Assembly (NCBI GenBank): GCA_030617105.1
Contig: JAUWWC010000001.1
Location: 4,759-68,758, forward strand
Source of the DNA: Candidatus Nealsonbacteria bacterium
GTDB taxonomy: Bacteria; Patescibacteriota; Minisyncoccia; Minisyncoccales; GWA2-38-27
Reading direction: 5' to 3'
DNA: 64,000 nt
The position numbers and the translations under genes are program-made. The notes under the pieces are model-generated. The model had not been told where the DNA came from and made no database searches. It worked only from the letters and a program-made list of their open reading frames with translations. Positions 36,935 to 45,226 of the stretch are shown here, in pieces (the first letter of the stretch is position 1; each line of letters opens with the position of its first letter).

Positions 36935-38331
36935 ACAATTTAACTATAAGCCAAGCTCATAAAGGACTTTTAGAAAAGAAATTTTCAGCATTAGAATTAA
37001 CCAAGTTATTTTTAAATAAGATTAAGAAGCAGGATAAAAAGATTTCTGCTTTTTTAACAATTACTGACGATTTAGCTCTTTCTCAGGCAAAACAAGTTGA
37101 TAAATTGATTTCAGACAATAAAAAGATTCCAATTTTAGCTGGAATTCCTTTGGCTGTTAAAGATAACATATTAGTTGATGGGGTAAAAGCAACTTGCGCT
37201 TCTAAAATCCTTGAAAACTACATTGCTCCTTATGATGCAACCTGTATTAAGAAACTTAAACAACCTGGAGCTGTAATTTTAGGGAAAACCAATCTGGACG
37301 AATTTGCTATGGGTTCTTCAACAGAACATTCTGCCTTTTCTCCGACTAAAAATCCCAATGATTTGACCCGAGTGCCTGGAGGAAGTTCTGGAGGGTCAGC
37401 AGCAGCTGTTTCTGCTGATTTATGCTGTTATGCCCTTGGTTCTGACACAGGCGGCTCCATTAGGCAGCCAGCTTCTTTTTGCGGGGTAGTTGGATTAAAG
37501 CCAACCTATGGAGCAGTTTCCCGTTATGGTTTAATTGCTTTTGCTTCTTCTTTAGATCAAATTGGTCCTATTACAAAGACAGCAGAGGATGCGCAGATTG
37601 TATTTAAAGCTATTTCTGGAAAGGACAAGAAAGATTCAACATCAGTAGAGCTATCAGAGACCCGGGTCTCTGTAAAGCTCAAAGATTTACGAATTGGTAT
37701 TCCCAAAGAATATTTTATTAAAGGAATGGATTCAGAGGTAGAAAAGATAATTAGACAAGCAATTAAAAAAATACAAGAAATAGGAGCAAAGGTTGAAGAA
37801 ATCAGTTTGCCTCATACAGAATATGGATTAGCTGTTTATTACCTTATTATGCCTTCTGAGGCTTCAGCTAATTTAGCAAGATATGATGGAGTTAAATACG
37901 GGTTATCCAAATCTGCTAAAGATTTGTTAAATGTATATTTGGATAGCAGGGCAGGGGGGTTTGGAGATGAGGTTAAGAGGAGGATTATGCTGGGCACATA
38001 TGCATTATCTGCAGGTTATTACGACGCATATTATTTGAAAGCTCAGAAAGTTAGGACTTTGATTAAGCATGATTTTGATAAGGCCTTTAACAAAGTTGAT
38101 GCTATTTTTACTCCTACTTCTCCATTTCCGGCTTTCAAGCTTGGAGAAAAGATTAAAGATCCTGTTTCAATGTATCTTTCTGATATCTTTACTGCTTGTG
38201 TAAATTTAGTGGGTCTGCCAGCTGTTTCTATGCCAGTTGGGTTTGCAGGAAAACTTCCAGTTGGTTTGCAGATTATTGGAAAGCCATTTGAAGAAAATAA
38301 AATATTAGAAATTAGCAAGGTCTATGGATAA
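36931..38331 (+). CDS. gatA: Asp/Glu-tRNA(Asn/Gln) amidotransferase subunit A (amidase signature family)
   Basis: GGSSGGSAAAV amidase signature; KDN catalytic context. Confidence 0.85.
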   Translation: MNNLTISQAHKGLLEKKFSALELTKLFLNKIKKQDKKISAFLTITDDLALSQAKQVDKLISDNKKIPILAGIPLAVKDNILVDGVKATCASKILENYIAPYDATCIKKLKQPGAVILGKTNLDEFAMGSSTEHSAFSPTKNPNDLTRVPGGSSGGSAAAVSADLCCYALGSDTGGSIRQPASFCGVVGLKPTYGAVSRYGLIAFASSLDQIGPITKTAEDAQIVFKAISGKDKKDSTSVELSETRVSVKLKDLRIGIPKEYFIKGMDSEVEKIIRQAIKKIQEIGAKVEEISLPHTEYGLAVYYLIMPSEASANLARYDGVKYGLSKSAKDLLNVYLDSRAGGFGDEVKRRIMLGTYALSAGYYDAYYLKAQKVRTLIKHDFDKAFNKVDAIFTPTSPFPAFKLGEKIKDPVSMYLSDIFTACVNLVGLPAVSMPVGFAGKLPVGLQIIGKPFEENKILEISKVYG

Positions 38332-38824
38332 TATATTTTCTATTATAACATCTGCAACATTTTTATTTTATCTAAAGATTGCTTTCATAATTATTGGCGC
38401 GCTTTTCTCGCTTGCTATTGTTTTTCTTCTTTCAAAAAACACTTGGTTTAAGCGCCGCTTTTTAGAGGATTGGACAGAATTCTTTATTTATCGTCCATTT
38501 GGAGTAAAGAAAACCTTTAAGCAATGGGCTAAAGTTTTGAAAAGATTGGATACTGGCAAAGAAGCAGATTATAAATTGGCTTTAATTGAGGCAGACAGTT
38601 TGCTTAATGATATTTTGAAGAAAATAGGATATAAGGGCAAGACAATGGCAGAGATGTTAGAGCAGCTTGATTCAAAAACTTTGCCTAATATAGAGCAGAT
38701 TTGGAAGACTCATAAAATACGTAATAATGTTGTTCATGACCCAGATTATAAGTTGAGTTTGGAGGATGCAAGAAAAGCGCTGGGAATCTACGAAAAAACC
38801 TTCAGGGATTTAGAGATGTTTTGA
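38324..38824 (+). CDS. hypothetical membrane-anchored protein (166 aa)
   Basis: N-terminal TM; no family recognised. Confidence 0.5.
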   Translation: MDNIFSIITSATFLFYLKIAFIIIGALFSLAIVFLLSKNTWFKRRFLEDWTEFFIYRPFGVKKTFKQWAKVLKRLDTGKEADYKLALIEADSLLNDILKKIGYKGKTMAEMLEQLDSKTLPNIEQIWKTHKIRNNVVHDPDYKLSLEDARKALGIYEKTFRDLEMF

Positions 38825-38833
38825 TTAAAAAGC

Positions 38834-38869
38834 AAAGCCTGGCTTATCGGTACCGATAAGCCAGGCTTT
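38834..38869. terminator. perfect 36-nt palindrome (18-bp stem centred on GGTACC), probable bidirectional terminator
   Basis: AAAGCCTGGCTTATCGGT/ACCGATAAGCCAGGCTTT read directly. Confidence 0.6.
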
Positions 38870-38908
38870 TAGCTTTCCTTGATTTTTTTATAAAAATATA
38901 ATATAATG

Positions 38909-39190
38909 GGCCTGCGGGGTGGAGAAGTAGTATCTTGCGAGGCCCATAAACTTTTTGTGGCCCAGAGTAGTAATATTCTGCGGAAAAATTCTCTAAATTG
39001 CTGGAAAGCCCATAAGGGTAATCAGCAGCCAAGGTCGTCTAGGGCGACAAGGTTCAGAGACTATAATGGGAACTTCCTTTTTAAAAGGAAGATGGTATAG
39101 TCCGTTCCATCTAGAAATAGATGGCTAACATTAAAGAACCTCGAGACACAGGTGCAATTCCTGTCCCCGCGACTAGTATTCTTTAGAATT
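38909..39190 (+). ncRNA. candidate structured non-coding RNA of unknown class, downstream of a TATAAT box at 38903-38908
   Basis: ~280 nt without convincing ORF; multiple GC-rich local stems (GGGCC...GGCCC, CCCATAAGGG); identity not established. Confidence 0.25.
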
Positions 39191-39191
39191 T

Positions 39192-39977
39192 ATGAATTGG
39201 TCAATACAGGAAGAAAATAAACTTCGGGAACTTTATTTGAATACTTCACTTACTTTGAGTGAAATCGCCAAGAAGTTGGGACGAACTCCTCCAGCATTAA
39301 ATAATAGATTGGCCAAGATGAAAGTTAAAAGAAGGTTGACTCCAAATTCTAAACATCCTAAAAGAATAACCCCAGCTTTGGCAAGAATTCATGCTCATAT
39401 TTGTGGAGACGGATGCATTTATAGTTATCAAGCGAGAGATGATTATGGTTATTGGGCAAAATATCGAAAGAACACTATGCGTATTAGATATAATCTTAGT
39501 TATTGTAATACCAATAATGATCTTTTAAAAGAATTTAAAACAGATATTTATGAAGTGTTTGGGGTAAGAGGAAAGAAAATACATCAAAACGCAATTATTG
39601 TAGATTCAAAAAGGATTTGGGAATTTTTAAGAAATATGGGCGCGGGCGATTCGTTTAGTTGGTATATTCCAAAAGAAATTAGCAATGGTTCAAAAGAAGT
39701 AATGAAAAATTGGATTAGAGCATTTTTTGATGATGAAGCCTATTTTAATGATAGTGGTAGAATCAGAGTAAAATGTGTTAATAAACAAGGACTTAAACAA
39801 CTTACTAAAATGGTTAATAATTTTGTTCCTTGTAATCTTAGACCAAAGAGAGGTTCTTACTGGGGTAAAACTTTTTGTATAAGTATAAGCAAAAAAGACG
39901 CTCCAAAGTTTTTTTCGAAAATAGGATCAATTCGTTATAAGCCGGGGAGTAGAATGGTATCTAAGGCCGTCTCATAA
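39192..39977 (+). CDS. LAGLIDADG-family homing endonuclease-like protein with N-terminal HTH; 3' end runs into tRNA-Met
   Basis: HTH LTLSEIAKKLGRTPPALNNRLAKM; two LAGLIDADG-like motifs (AHICGDGCIY and RAFFDDEAYF); stop codon lies in the tRNA anticodon loop. Confidence 0.5.
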   Translation: MNWSIQEENKLRELYLNTSLTLSEIAKKLGRTPPALNNRLAKMKVKRRLTPNSKHPKRITPALARIHAHICGDGCIYSYQARDDYGYWAKYRKNTMRIRYNLSYCNTNNDLLKEFKTDIYEVFGVRGKKIHQNAIIVDSKRIWEFLRNMGAGDSFSWYIPKEISNGSKEVMKNWIRAFFDDEAYFNDSGRIRVKCVNKQGLKQLTKMVNNFVPCNLRPKRGSYWGKTFCISISKKDAPKFFSKIGSIRYKPGSRMVSKAVS

Positions 39978-40011
39978 GCGGTCAAAGTGGGTTCGATTCC
40001 CGCTCCCGGCA
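39941..40011 (+). tRNA. tRNA-Met-like (anticodon CAT) with short D-loop and short variable loop
   Basis: Hand fold: acceptor GCCGGGG/TCCCGGC, D-stem TAGA/TCTA, anticodon loop CTCATAA, T-arm GTGGG-TTCGATT-CCCGC, discriminator A. Confidence 0.5.
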
Positions 40012-40014
40012 CAT

Positions 40015-40088
40015 GCGGGTGTAGCTCAATTGGATAGAGCCCTGGATTGTCGATCCAGTGATTGCCGGTTCGAGTCCGGTCGCCCGCG
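40015..40088 (+). tRNA. tRNA-Asp (anticodon GTC)
   Basis: Hand fold: acceptor GCGGGTG/CGCCCGC, D-arm GCTC-AATTGGATA-GAGC, anticodon arm CTGGA-TTGTCGA-TCCAG, T-arm GCCGG-TTCGAGT-CCGGT. Confidence 0.8.
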
Positions 40089-40095
40089 CATAGAT

Positions 40096-40587
40096 ATGCC
40101 ACTCACACCATTTCATTGGGGGCCAAGTTCTTGGATAGGACTAGCTCTATTTAAGATTTTAGATTTTCCAGCTCTGATGATGGCTAGTGTTGTAGTTGAT
40201 ATAGAACCCTTTTGTGTTCTTTTATTTAATTTGAATTATCCTCTTCATGGATTTTTTCATAGTGTTTTGGGTGGTTCAATATTGGCAATTTTAACAGCTG
40301 TAGTTTTATATTTTTTGCAAGGCAAGATTAAAAAAATAATGGCTGTTTTTAAATTAGCTCAGGACTCGTCATTTAAAAAAATCCTCGTCACCTCATTTTT
40401 CGGTGTTTATTTCCATATTCTTTTAGATTCATTTCTCTATAGCGAGATAAAGCCATTTTATCCTTTAGAAATTAATCCATTTTTAGGATTATTTTCTGTC
40501 TCCCAAATTTATCTTTTCTGCGCCCTCTCCTTCTTAGTTGGAATTCTGCTTTACTTGATTAAACTAGCAAGAAGTAAAAATAATTGA
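40096..40587 (+). CDS. polytopic membrane protein, possibly DUF4184/YdjM-like membrane-bound metal-dependent hydrolase (start trimmed out of the tRNA)
   Basis: MPLTPFHWGP N-terminus and His-containing TM segments; family assignment is a weak recollection. Confidence 0.45.
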   Translation: MPLTPFHWGPSSWIGLALFKILDFPALMMASVVVDIEPFCVLLFNLNYPLHGFFHSVLGGSILAILTAVVLYFLQGKIKKIMAVFKLAQDSSFKKILVTSFFGVYFHILLDSFLYSEIKPFYPLEINPFLGLFSVSQIYLFCALSFLVGILLYLIKLARSKNN

Positions 40588-40681
40588 CAAACAATTTAAA
40601 TATTGCTAAAAATAGTATTAGAATTTTGTTCTTTGAAAGTTGAATAAAGTATTAATGTTTAAAATTGAAAAGAGGTGAAAA
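40584..40681 (+). promoter_or_regulatory. promoter + leader, copy A of a duplicated ~75-nt element (TTGACA 40584-40589; 39-nt identical core 40599-40637)
   Basis: ATATTGCTAAAAATAGTATTAGAATTTTGTTCTTTGAAA identical to 40927-40965. Confidence 0.5.
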
Positions 40682-40894
40682 ATGGCGGAAAGACATGAAG
40701 GATTAAAACCAGAACAAATTGATAAGGTAGTAGATGATCGCATTGAAGGCGCAATTGAGAAGCTACAAGAACATGTGGCATCGAACCTGGGCAGCTATGA
40801 AAATTTCTTACAGACCGAATTATCTTGGATTGAGACAGAAAAAGAACGCCGAAAAATAAAAGCTAAACCAATGCCAGGTGCCGTTGAGCTATAA
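40682..40894 (+). CDS. small acidic hypothetical protein (70 aa)
   Basis: ORF with AGAGGTG SD; shares its promoter/leader with the downstream pyr cluster. Confidence 0.45.
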   Translation: MAERHEGLKPEQIDKVVDDRIEGAIEKLQEHVASNLGSYENFLQTELSWIETEKERRKIKAKPMPGAVEL

Positions 40895-40911
40895 GTTCAG
40901 CGGCTTTTTTG

Positions 40912-41004
40912 TTGACAAAAAGTTCATATATTGCTAAAAATAGTATTAGAATTTTGTTCTTTGAAAATTGAATAGTTAATGTTTAGAAAGAAAGGGAGAT
41001 TAAG
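40912..41004 (+). promoter_or_regulatory. promoter + leader, copy B of duplicated element (TTGACA 40912-40917; core 40927-40965)
   Basis: See copy A. Confidence 0.5.
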
Positions 41005-41964
41005 ATGTATATAAGAATTGATCCGCACGTACATGGCAGAGATGATGAAGATGCATACAAAGAAACCATAGTTCATGTTTTTAGGGTTGCAAACGAGCAA
41101 GGTGTTACGGTGATTTTTGATATGCCCAATACATATCGGCCGGTTAAATCGGAAGCAGATGTTCTAAGAAGATTAAGTTTGGTTCCAAGAGAAGAGAAAG
41201 ATAATTACTTCTTATATCTCGGTTTAACAGCCAATGAAGATCAACTCGTAGAAGCTGTATCCGTTTATAACAAATATAAACAAGTTATTGGATTTAAACT
41301 CTATGCTGGCAAATCAGTAGGAAATTTATCTGTTACAGATCCAGAAAAACAGTTTGGGATTTACAAAGTTCTTACAGGTTTGAACTATACAGGAGTTTTA
41401 GCTGTTCATTGCGCAAGAAAGGATTTGCTAAAACTAGACCTTTGGGATCCTTCAAATCCAATTTCTCATTCATTCGCAAACCCGAAAGAAGCTGAGATAG
41501 AGGATGTAAAAGACCAGATAAGATCTGTTAAAAAAACAGGTTTTCAAGGCACTTTGCATATTGTTCATGTTTCGTGTCTGGGATCAGTGGAATTGATAAA
41601 TAGCGCAAGAGGGGATATTAAGATTACTTGCGGAGTAACGCCTCATCATATTATGTGGGATAACAGACAATTAAGTACACCTGATGGTTTGCTTTATAAA
41701 ATGGATCCTCCGTTAAGAAGCAGACCAGATGTATCAGATCTAATAGAGTGTTTAAAAGCAGGTCAAATAGACTGGATTGAAACAGATCATGCCCCGCATC
41801 CTATCAGCGAGAAGTTATACCCACCTTATCTTTCAGGATATCCTTCTCTGTGTCTTTACAAAGATTTTGTAGAGAACTTTTTACCAAGTATCGGTATAAG
41901 CGAAGAACAGATAAGAAAATTAACACATGACAATATTTGTAAAACCTTTGGTTTGAAGATTTGA
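41005..41964 (+). CDS. pyrC: dihydroorotase-like amidohydrolase (short, 319 aa)
   Basis: DPHVH metal-binding start and ETDHAPH motif typical of dihydroorotase; pyr gene neighbourhood. Confidence 0.55.
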   Translation: MYIRIDPHVHGRDDEDAYKETIVHVFRVANEQGVTVIFDMPNTYRPVKSEADVLRRLSLVPREEKDNYFLYLGLTANEDQLVEAVSVYNKYKQVIGFKLYAGKSVGNLSVTDPEKQFGIYKVLTGLNYTGVLAVHCARKDLLKLDLWDPSNPISHSFANPKEAEIEDVKDQIRSVKKTGFQGTLHIVHVSCLGSVELINSARGDIKITCGVTPHHIMWDNRQLSTPDGLLYKMDPPLRSRPDVSDLIECLKAGQIDWIETDHAPHPISEKLYPPYLSGYPSLCLYKDFVENFLPSIGISEEQIRKLTHDNICKTFGLKI

Positions 41965-41981
41965 GAAAGGAGAAGATAGAT

Positions 41982-42848
41982 ATGATTGCACTTTCCAATG
42001 GACATAAGTTTGAATATATGGCAGCAAGTGGAGCTTTGGCTCTTGATGGAAAAGGATGGTTCCATGAACAACCGCTTCGTTGGGCCAAATTAATTGATCC
42101 ATCTCTGTTTACAGTAGTAGCTAAGACACTTACTTATAAGCGAAGAAAGGGGAATTACCGTTCCTTTTCGCCTTGGCGATGTATCCGTTTGATACCCGAC
42201 GGAGTAGTGAATGTTGTTGGGCTTACAAATCCAGGGATTGATTGGTTTTGTAGAAAAATTGGACCTACAATAGACTGTAAAAGAATCGCTTTAGTTGGTT
42301 CAATTCTTTCTGATAAGATAAATGAGCTTGTTGCGATGACAAAAATGCTCAATAAATTTGATTTAGTTGCCTTGGAATTGAATTGGTCATGTCCAAATAT
42401 TGAAGGAGATTTATTAGAGAATAGCCAGAAGGTGATAGAAGGGTGTAAGGCAGTAAAAAAAGTAAGTCGTTTTCCTTCAATTCTTAAACTTTTAGTAGTT
42501 CATGATATAAAATCAATTCTCCCTGAAGTTAAGGGAATTGTTGAAGCAATTTCGATAAACAGCGTTCCCTGGGCGGTTATTTTTCCAAACAAGAAAAGTC
42601 CTCTTGCTCATTTAGGAGGCGGAGGAGTTTCAGGAAAAATCGCCCAGCCCCATACCTGGGATTTTGTTAAGCGGCTTGTTGACAGTACAGATATTCCTGT
42701 TATTGGTCCAAGCGTCTGGGACTATAAGGATATACAGAAATTGAGAGATATTGGAGCAAAAGCAATAAGCTTTGGCTCAATCTTCCTTAGATATCCTTGG
42801 CGCCCTACACAGTTTGTTCGAAAAGATATGAAAAGAAACCAAAATTAA
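41982..42848 (+). CDS. pyrD: dihydroorotate dehydrogenase (class 1-like catalytic subunit); start at ATG 41982 with AAGGAG SD
   Basis: VGLTNPG, ELNWSCPN, GGGGVSG motifs. Confidence 0.7.
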   Translation: MIALSNGHKFEYMAASGALALDGKGWFHEQPLRWAKLIDPSLFTVVAKTLTYKRRKGNYRSFSPWRCIRLIPDGVVNVVGLTNPGIDWFCRKIGPTIDCKRIALVGSILSDKINELVAMTKMLNKFDLVALELNWSCPNIEGDLLENSQKVIEGCKAVKKVSRFPSILKLLVVHDIKSILPEVKGIVEAISINSVPWAVIFPNKKSPLAHLGGGGVSGKIAQPHTWDFVKRLVDSTDIPVIGPSVWDYKDIQKLRDIGAKAISFGSIFLRYPWRPTQFVRKDMKRNQN

Positions 42849-42866
42849 ATTGAAAGGAAAAATGCT

Positions 42867-43625
42867 ATGAAGAAAGAATTAAAACCAGAAGAGCGGTTGA
42901 TAGTGGCTGCGGATTATTCTCCAAAAGACTACGGAGGCATCCAAGGCGTCAAAGAAAAGGTTATAACTTTAGCAGAGAGCTTGGAAGGACTCGGAGTTTA
43001 TATCAAAGTAAACTCAATTTTACGAGCACTTGGTTATGATCTGATTACAAAATTGCATGACCTCGGACTTAAGGTTTTTGCTGATCTTAAGCTTATCGAC
43101 ATTCCGAACACTATGAAAACTGACGGAGAATTGTTGGCTGAAGTAGCGCCAGAAATTCTTACAGTAATGTGTTGTGCTGGTATTGATGGCATGAACGCTG
43201 TTCAAAAAAATACAGGGACAGCAACCGAAGTTCTTGGAGTAACGGTTCTGACCAGTCTTAACGAAGAAGAATGCCAAGCAATTTTTACTTGTTCAACAAG
43301 AGCCGGAGTTCTCAGATTTGCCCGCATGGCACAATTGGCTGGACTTGGCGGTCTCATTCTTTCGCCAAAAGAAGTAGAAGTTGTAAGGGGTAGATTTGAG
43401 TTAATGCTTACACTTAATACGCCGGGCGTAAGGCCTGAATGGTTTATTGCTGATAGCGACGACCAAGTCAAAGCCAGAACATTAACCCCAAGGAAAGCTA
43501 TTCTGTATGGAGCAGAAAGAATAGTAATGGGAAGACCTATTGTGAAGGATCGAAATCCAAAGGAAGCAACGGAAAAAACCTTACAAGAAATTGAACAGGC
43601 ATTGGAAGAGAAAGGAGGTGATTAA
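42867..43625 (+). CDS. pyrF: orotidine 5'-phosphate decarboxylase
   Basis: LIVAADY and DLKLIDIPNT motifs. Confidence 0.75.
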   Translation: MKKELKPEERLIVAADYSPKDYGGIQGVKEKVITLAESLEGLGVYIKVNSILRALGYDLITKLHDLGLKVFADLKLIDIPNTMKTDGELLAEVAPEILTVMCCAGIDGMNAVQKNTGTATEVLGVTVLTSLNEEECQAIFTCSTRAGVLRFARMAQLAGLGGLILSPKEVEVVRGRFELMLTLNTPGVRPEWFIADSDDQVKARTLTPRKAILYGAERIVMGRPIVKDRNPKEATEKTLQEIEQALEEKGGD

Positions 43626-43627
43626 TT

Positions 43628-44341
43628 ATGTTGCCGACGCTTATTTATGATCCAAGACGTTACGATGATAAGATTTTGAGTGCAGAAGAAATTCTTAAAT
43701 GGTTTGATCTTTACGATGCAGTTTGGGTTTATGATTCTACTGATCCGAAAGCTCCTCATGCTGAATTGAGTGGAGGAAAATGCAGTAATGGTTTTTTTGA
43801 CTGCATGAGAGTACTTTGTAATCCAAAGCTTTGTGAGATTCTTGCGCTTCAACTTGTTAGAAAACTGAAAGAAGCTGGAATAGGAGAAGTTGACTGGGTT
43901 ATTGGTTCTCCTTATGCTGCTATTACTTTTTCTCATGAAGTAGCAAAAGGGTTTGGAGCTGTTCATGGATTTACTGAGAAAGATCCAATAGTAATTCCTA
44001 CTGATCCCAAAAGGAAAAGAATGCTTTGGCGAAGAATGCAAATTCCTAAAGATGCAATTGTTCTTCAGGCAGAAGAACTTATTACAACAAGCGGCACTTT
44101 TAAGGAAGTTCGTCGAGCAGTGGAACAAGGGAATTACGAACCAATTAAATGGTTGCCTGTTGTTGGGACGCTTGTGCATCGTCCTTCAAAGCTTCCAGTA
44201 GATTACAATGGAATAAACATAGTTTCTTTAATCGAAACAGAGGTTTGGGCGGTTGAGCAAAAAGATTGTCCATTATGTAAAATGGGCTCTCCTCGTTATC
44301 AAGCGAAAAGCAACTGGGAAAAATTAACAGGTAAGGCCTAA
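43628..44341 (+). CDS. pyrE: orotate phosphoribosyltransferase-like (type I PRTase)
   Basis: VLQAEELITTSGT PRPP-binding motif; pyr context. Confidence 0.65.
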   Translation: MLPTLIYDPRRYDDKILSAEEILKWFDLYDAVWVYDSTDPKAPHAELSGGKCSNGFFDCMRVLCNPKLCEILALQLVRKLKEAGIGEVDWVIGSPYAAITFSHEVAKGFGAVHGFTEKDPIVIPTDPKRKRMLWRRMQIPKDAIVLQAEELITTSGTFKEVRRAVEQGNYEPIKWLPVVGTLVHRPSKLPVDYNGINIVSLIETEVWAVEQKDCPLCKMGSPRYQAKSNWEKLTGKA

Positions 44342-44366
44342 AAAAGCAAAAAATATACACAAACAC

Positions 44367-44400
44367 AGCCGTTGGATATAATATATCAACGGCTTTTTTT
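44367..44400 (+). terminator. rho-independent terminator after pyr cluster
   Basis: GCCGTTGGATAT...ATATCAACGGC stem + T-run. Confidence 0.7.
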
Positions 44401-44461
44401 ATTGTTTTTTATCCACAATTTCTGCCTTGATTTTGAGGTGATTTTAAGGTAAAATGGAGGA

Positions 44462-45223
44462 ATGAACAAGTCCTCTAAATTTGATGTTACAGTACCTGGT
44501 GAAAAATATGAGGTTGGTCATTTGCATCCTTTGACTTTGGTTAAGAGAAAGATTGAAGAGATTTTCCAAGCAATGGGTTTTTCTGTAATTGAGGGTCCTG
44601 AAATTGAAAATGAATGGTATAACTTTGATGCTTTAAATATTCCTAAAGAGCATCCAGCCCGTGACCTTTGGGATACATTTTATTTGAAAAATGGAAAACT
44701 TTTAAGAACTCATACAAGTCCAGTGCAGATTCGTTATATGGAAAAGCATCAACCGCCATTCAGGATTATTGTTCCTGGAAGGATTTTTAGGCATGAAGCA
44801 ACTGATGCCAGCCATGAGACTAATTTTTATCAGGTAGAGGGATTAATGGTTGGAAAGGATATTTCAGCAGCTAACTTTAAAGCAATTATTCAGGAGTTTT
44901 TTTCAAGATTTTTTGGAAAGAAAGTTAAGGCCCGCTTAAGGCCAAGCTTTTTTCCATTTACAGAGCCGAGTTTTGAAGTAGATATGACTTGTTTGGTTTG
45001 TCAGGGGAAAGGATGCAGTACTTGTTTAAGAACTGGATGGATAGAATTAATGGGAGCAGGAATGGTTCATCCAAATGTTTTAAAAGCAGGAGGTATAAAT
45101 CCTAAGAATTGGCAGGGATTTGCTTTTGGAATAGGAATGGATAGATTAGCAATGATGAAATATAAGATAAATGATATTAGATTATTTTATTCAGGAGATT
45201 TAAGGTTTCTTAAGCAGTTTTAA
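44462..45223 (+). CDS. pheS: phenylalanyl-tRNA synthetase alpha subunit, catalytic core only (253 aa)
   Basis: class II motifs; FRHEATDASHETNFYQVEG; C...C zinc knuckle. Confidence 0.85.
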   Translation: MNKSSKFDVTVPGEKYEVGHLHPLTLVKRKIEEIFQAMGFSVIEGPEIENEWYNFDALNIPKEHPARDLWDTFYLKNGKLLRTHTSPVQIRYMEKHQPPFRIIVPGRIFRHEATDASHETNFYQVEGLMVGKDISAANFKAIIQEFFSRFFGKKVKARLRPSFFPFTEPSFEVDMTCLVCQGKGCSTCLRTGWIELMGAGMVHPNVLKAGGINPKNWQGFAFGIGMDRLAMMKYKINDIRLFYSGDLRFLKQF

Positions 45224-45226
45224 ATT

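Noticed and set aside
38906-39100. 64-aa ORF inside the candidate ncRNA region
   Set aside because: No RBS, atypical composition (Arg/Gly-rich from GC-rich structured sequence), and it overlaps hairpin-dense DNA. Probably not coding.
38909-39190. RNase P RNA or SRP RNA identity for the structured non-coding region
   Set aside because: A GGAAAGCCC stretch resembles the P4 GGAAAGUCC of RNase P but lacks the universally conserved bulged U, and no P4 3' strand (ACAGNRA...) partner was found. An AGCAGCCAAGG 11-mer resembles E. coli 4.5S RNA from memory, but the surrounding helix-8 tetraloop geometry could not be reproduced. The class is left undetermined.
40030-40095. N-terminal 22 codons of track ORF 40030..40587
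   Set aside because: They are encoded by tRNA-Asp (40015-40088). Real start taken as ATG 40096 (MPLTPFH...).
41961-41981. TTG start at 41961 for pyrD (track ORF start)
   Set aside because: An internal ATG at 41982 preceded by AAGGAGAAG is a much better initiation site. The TTG extension is likely untranslated.
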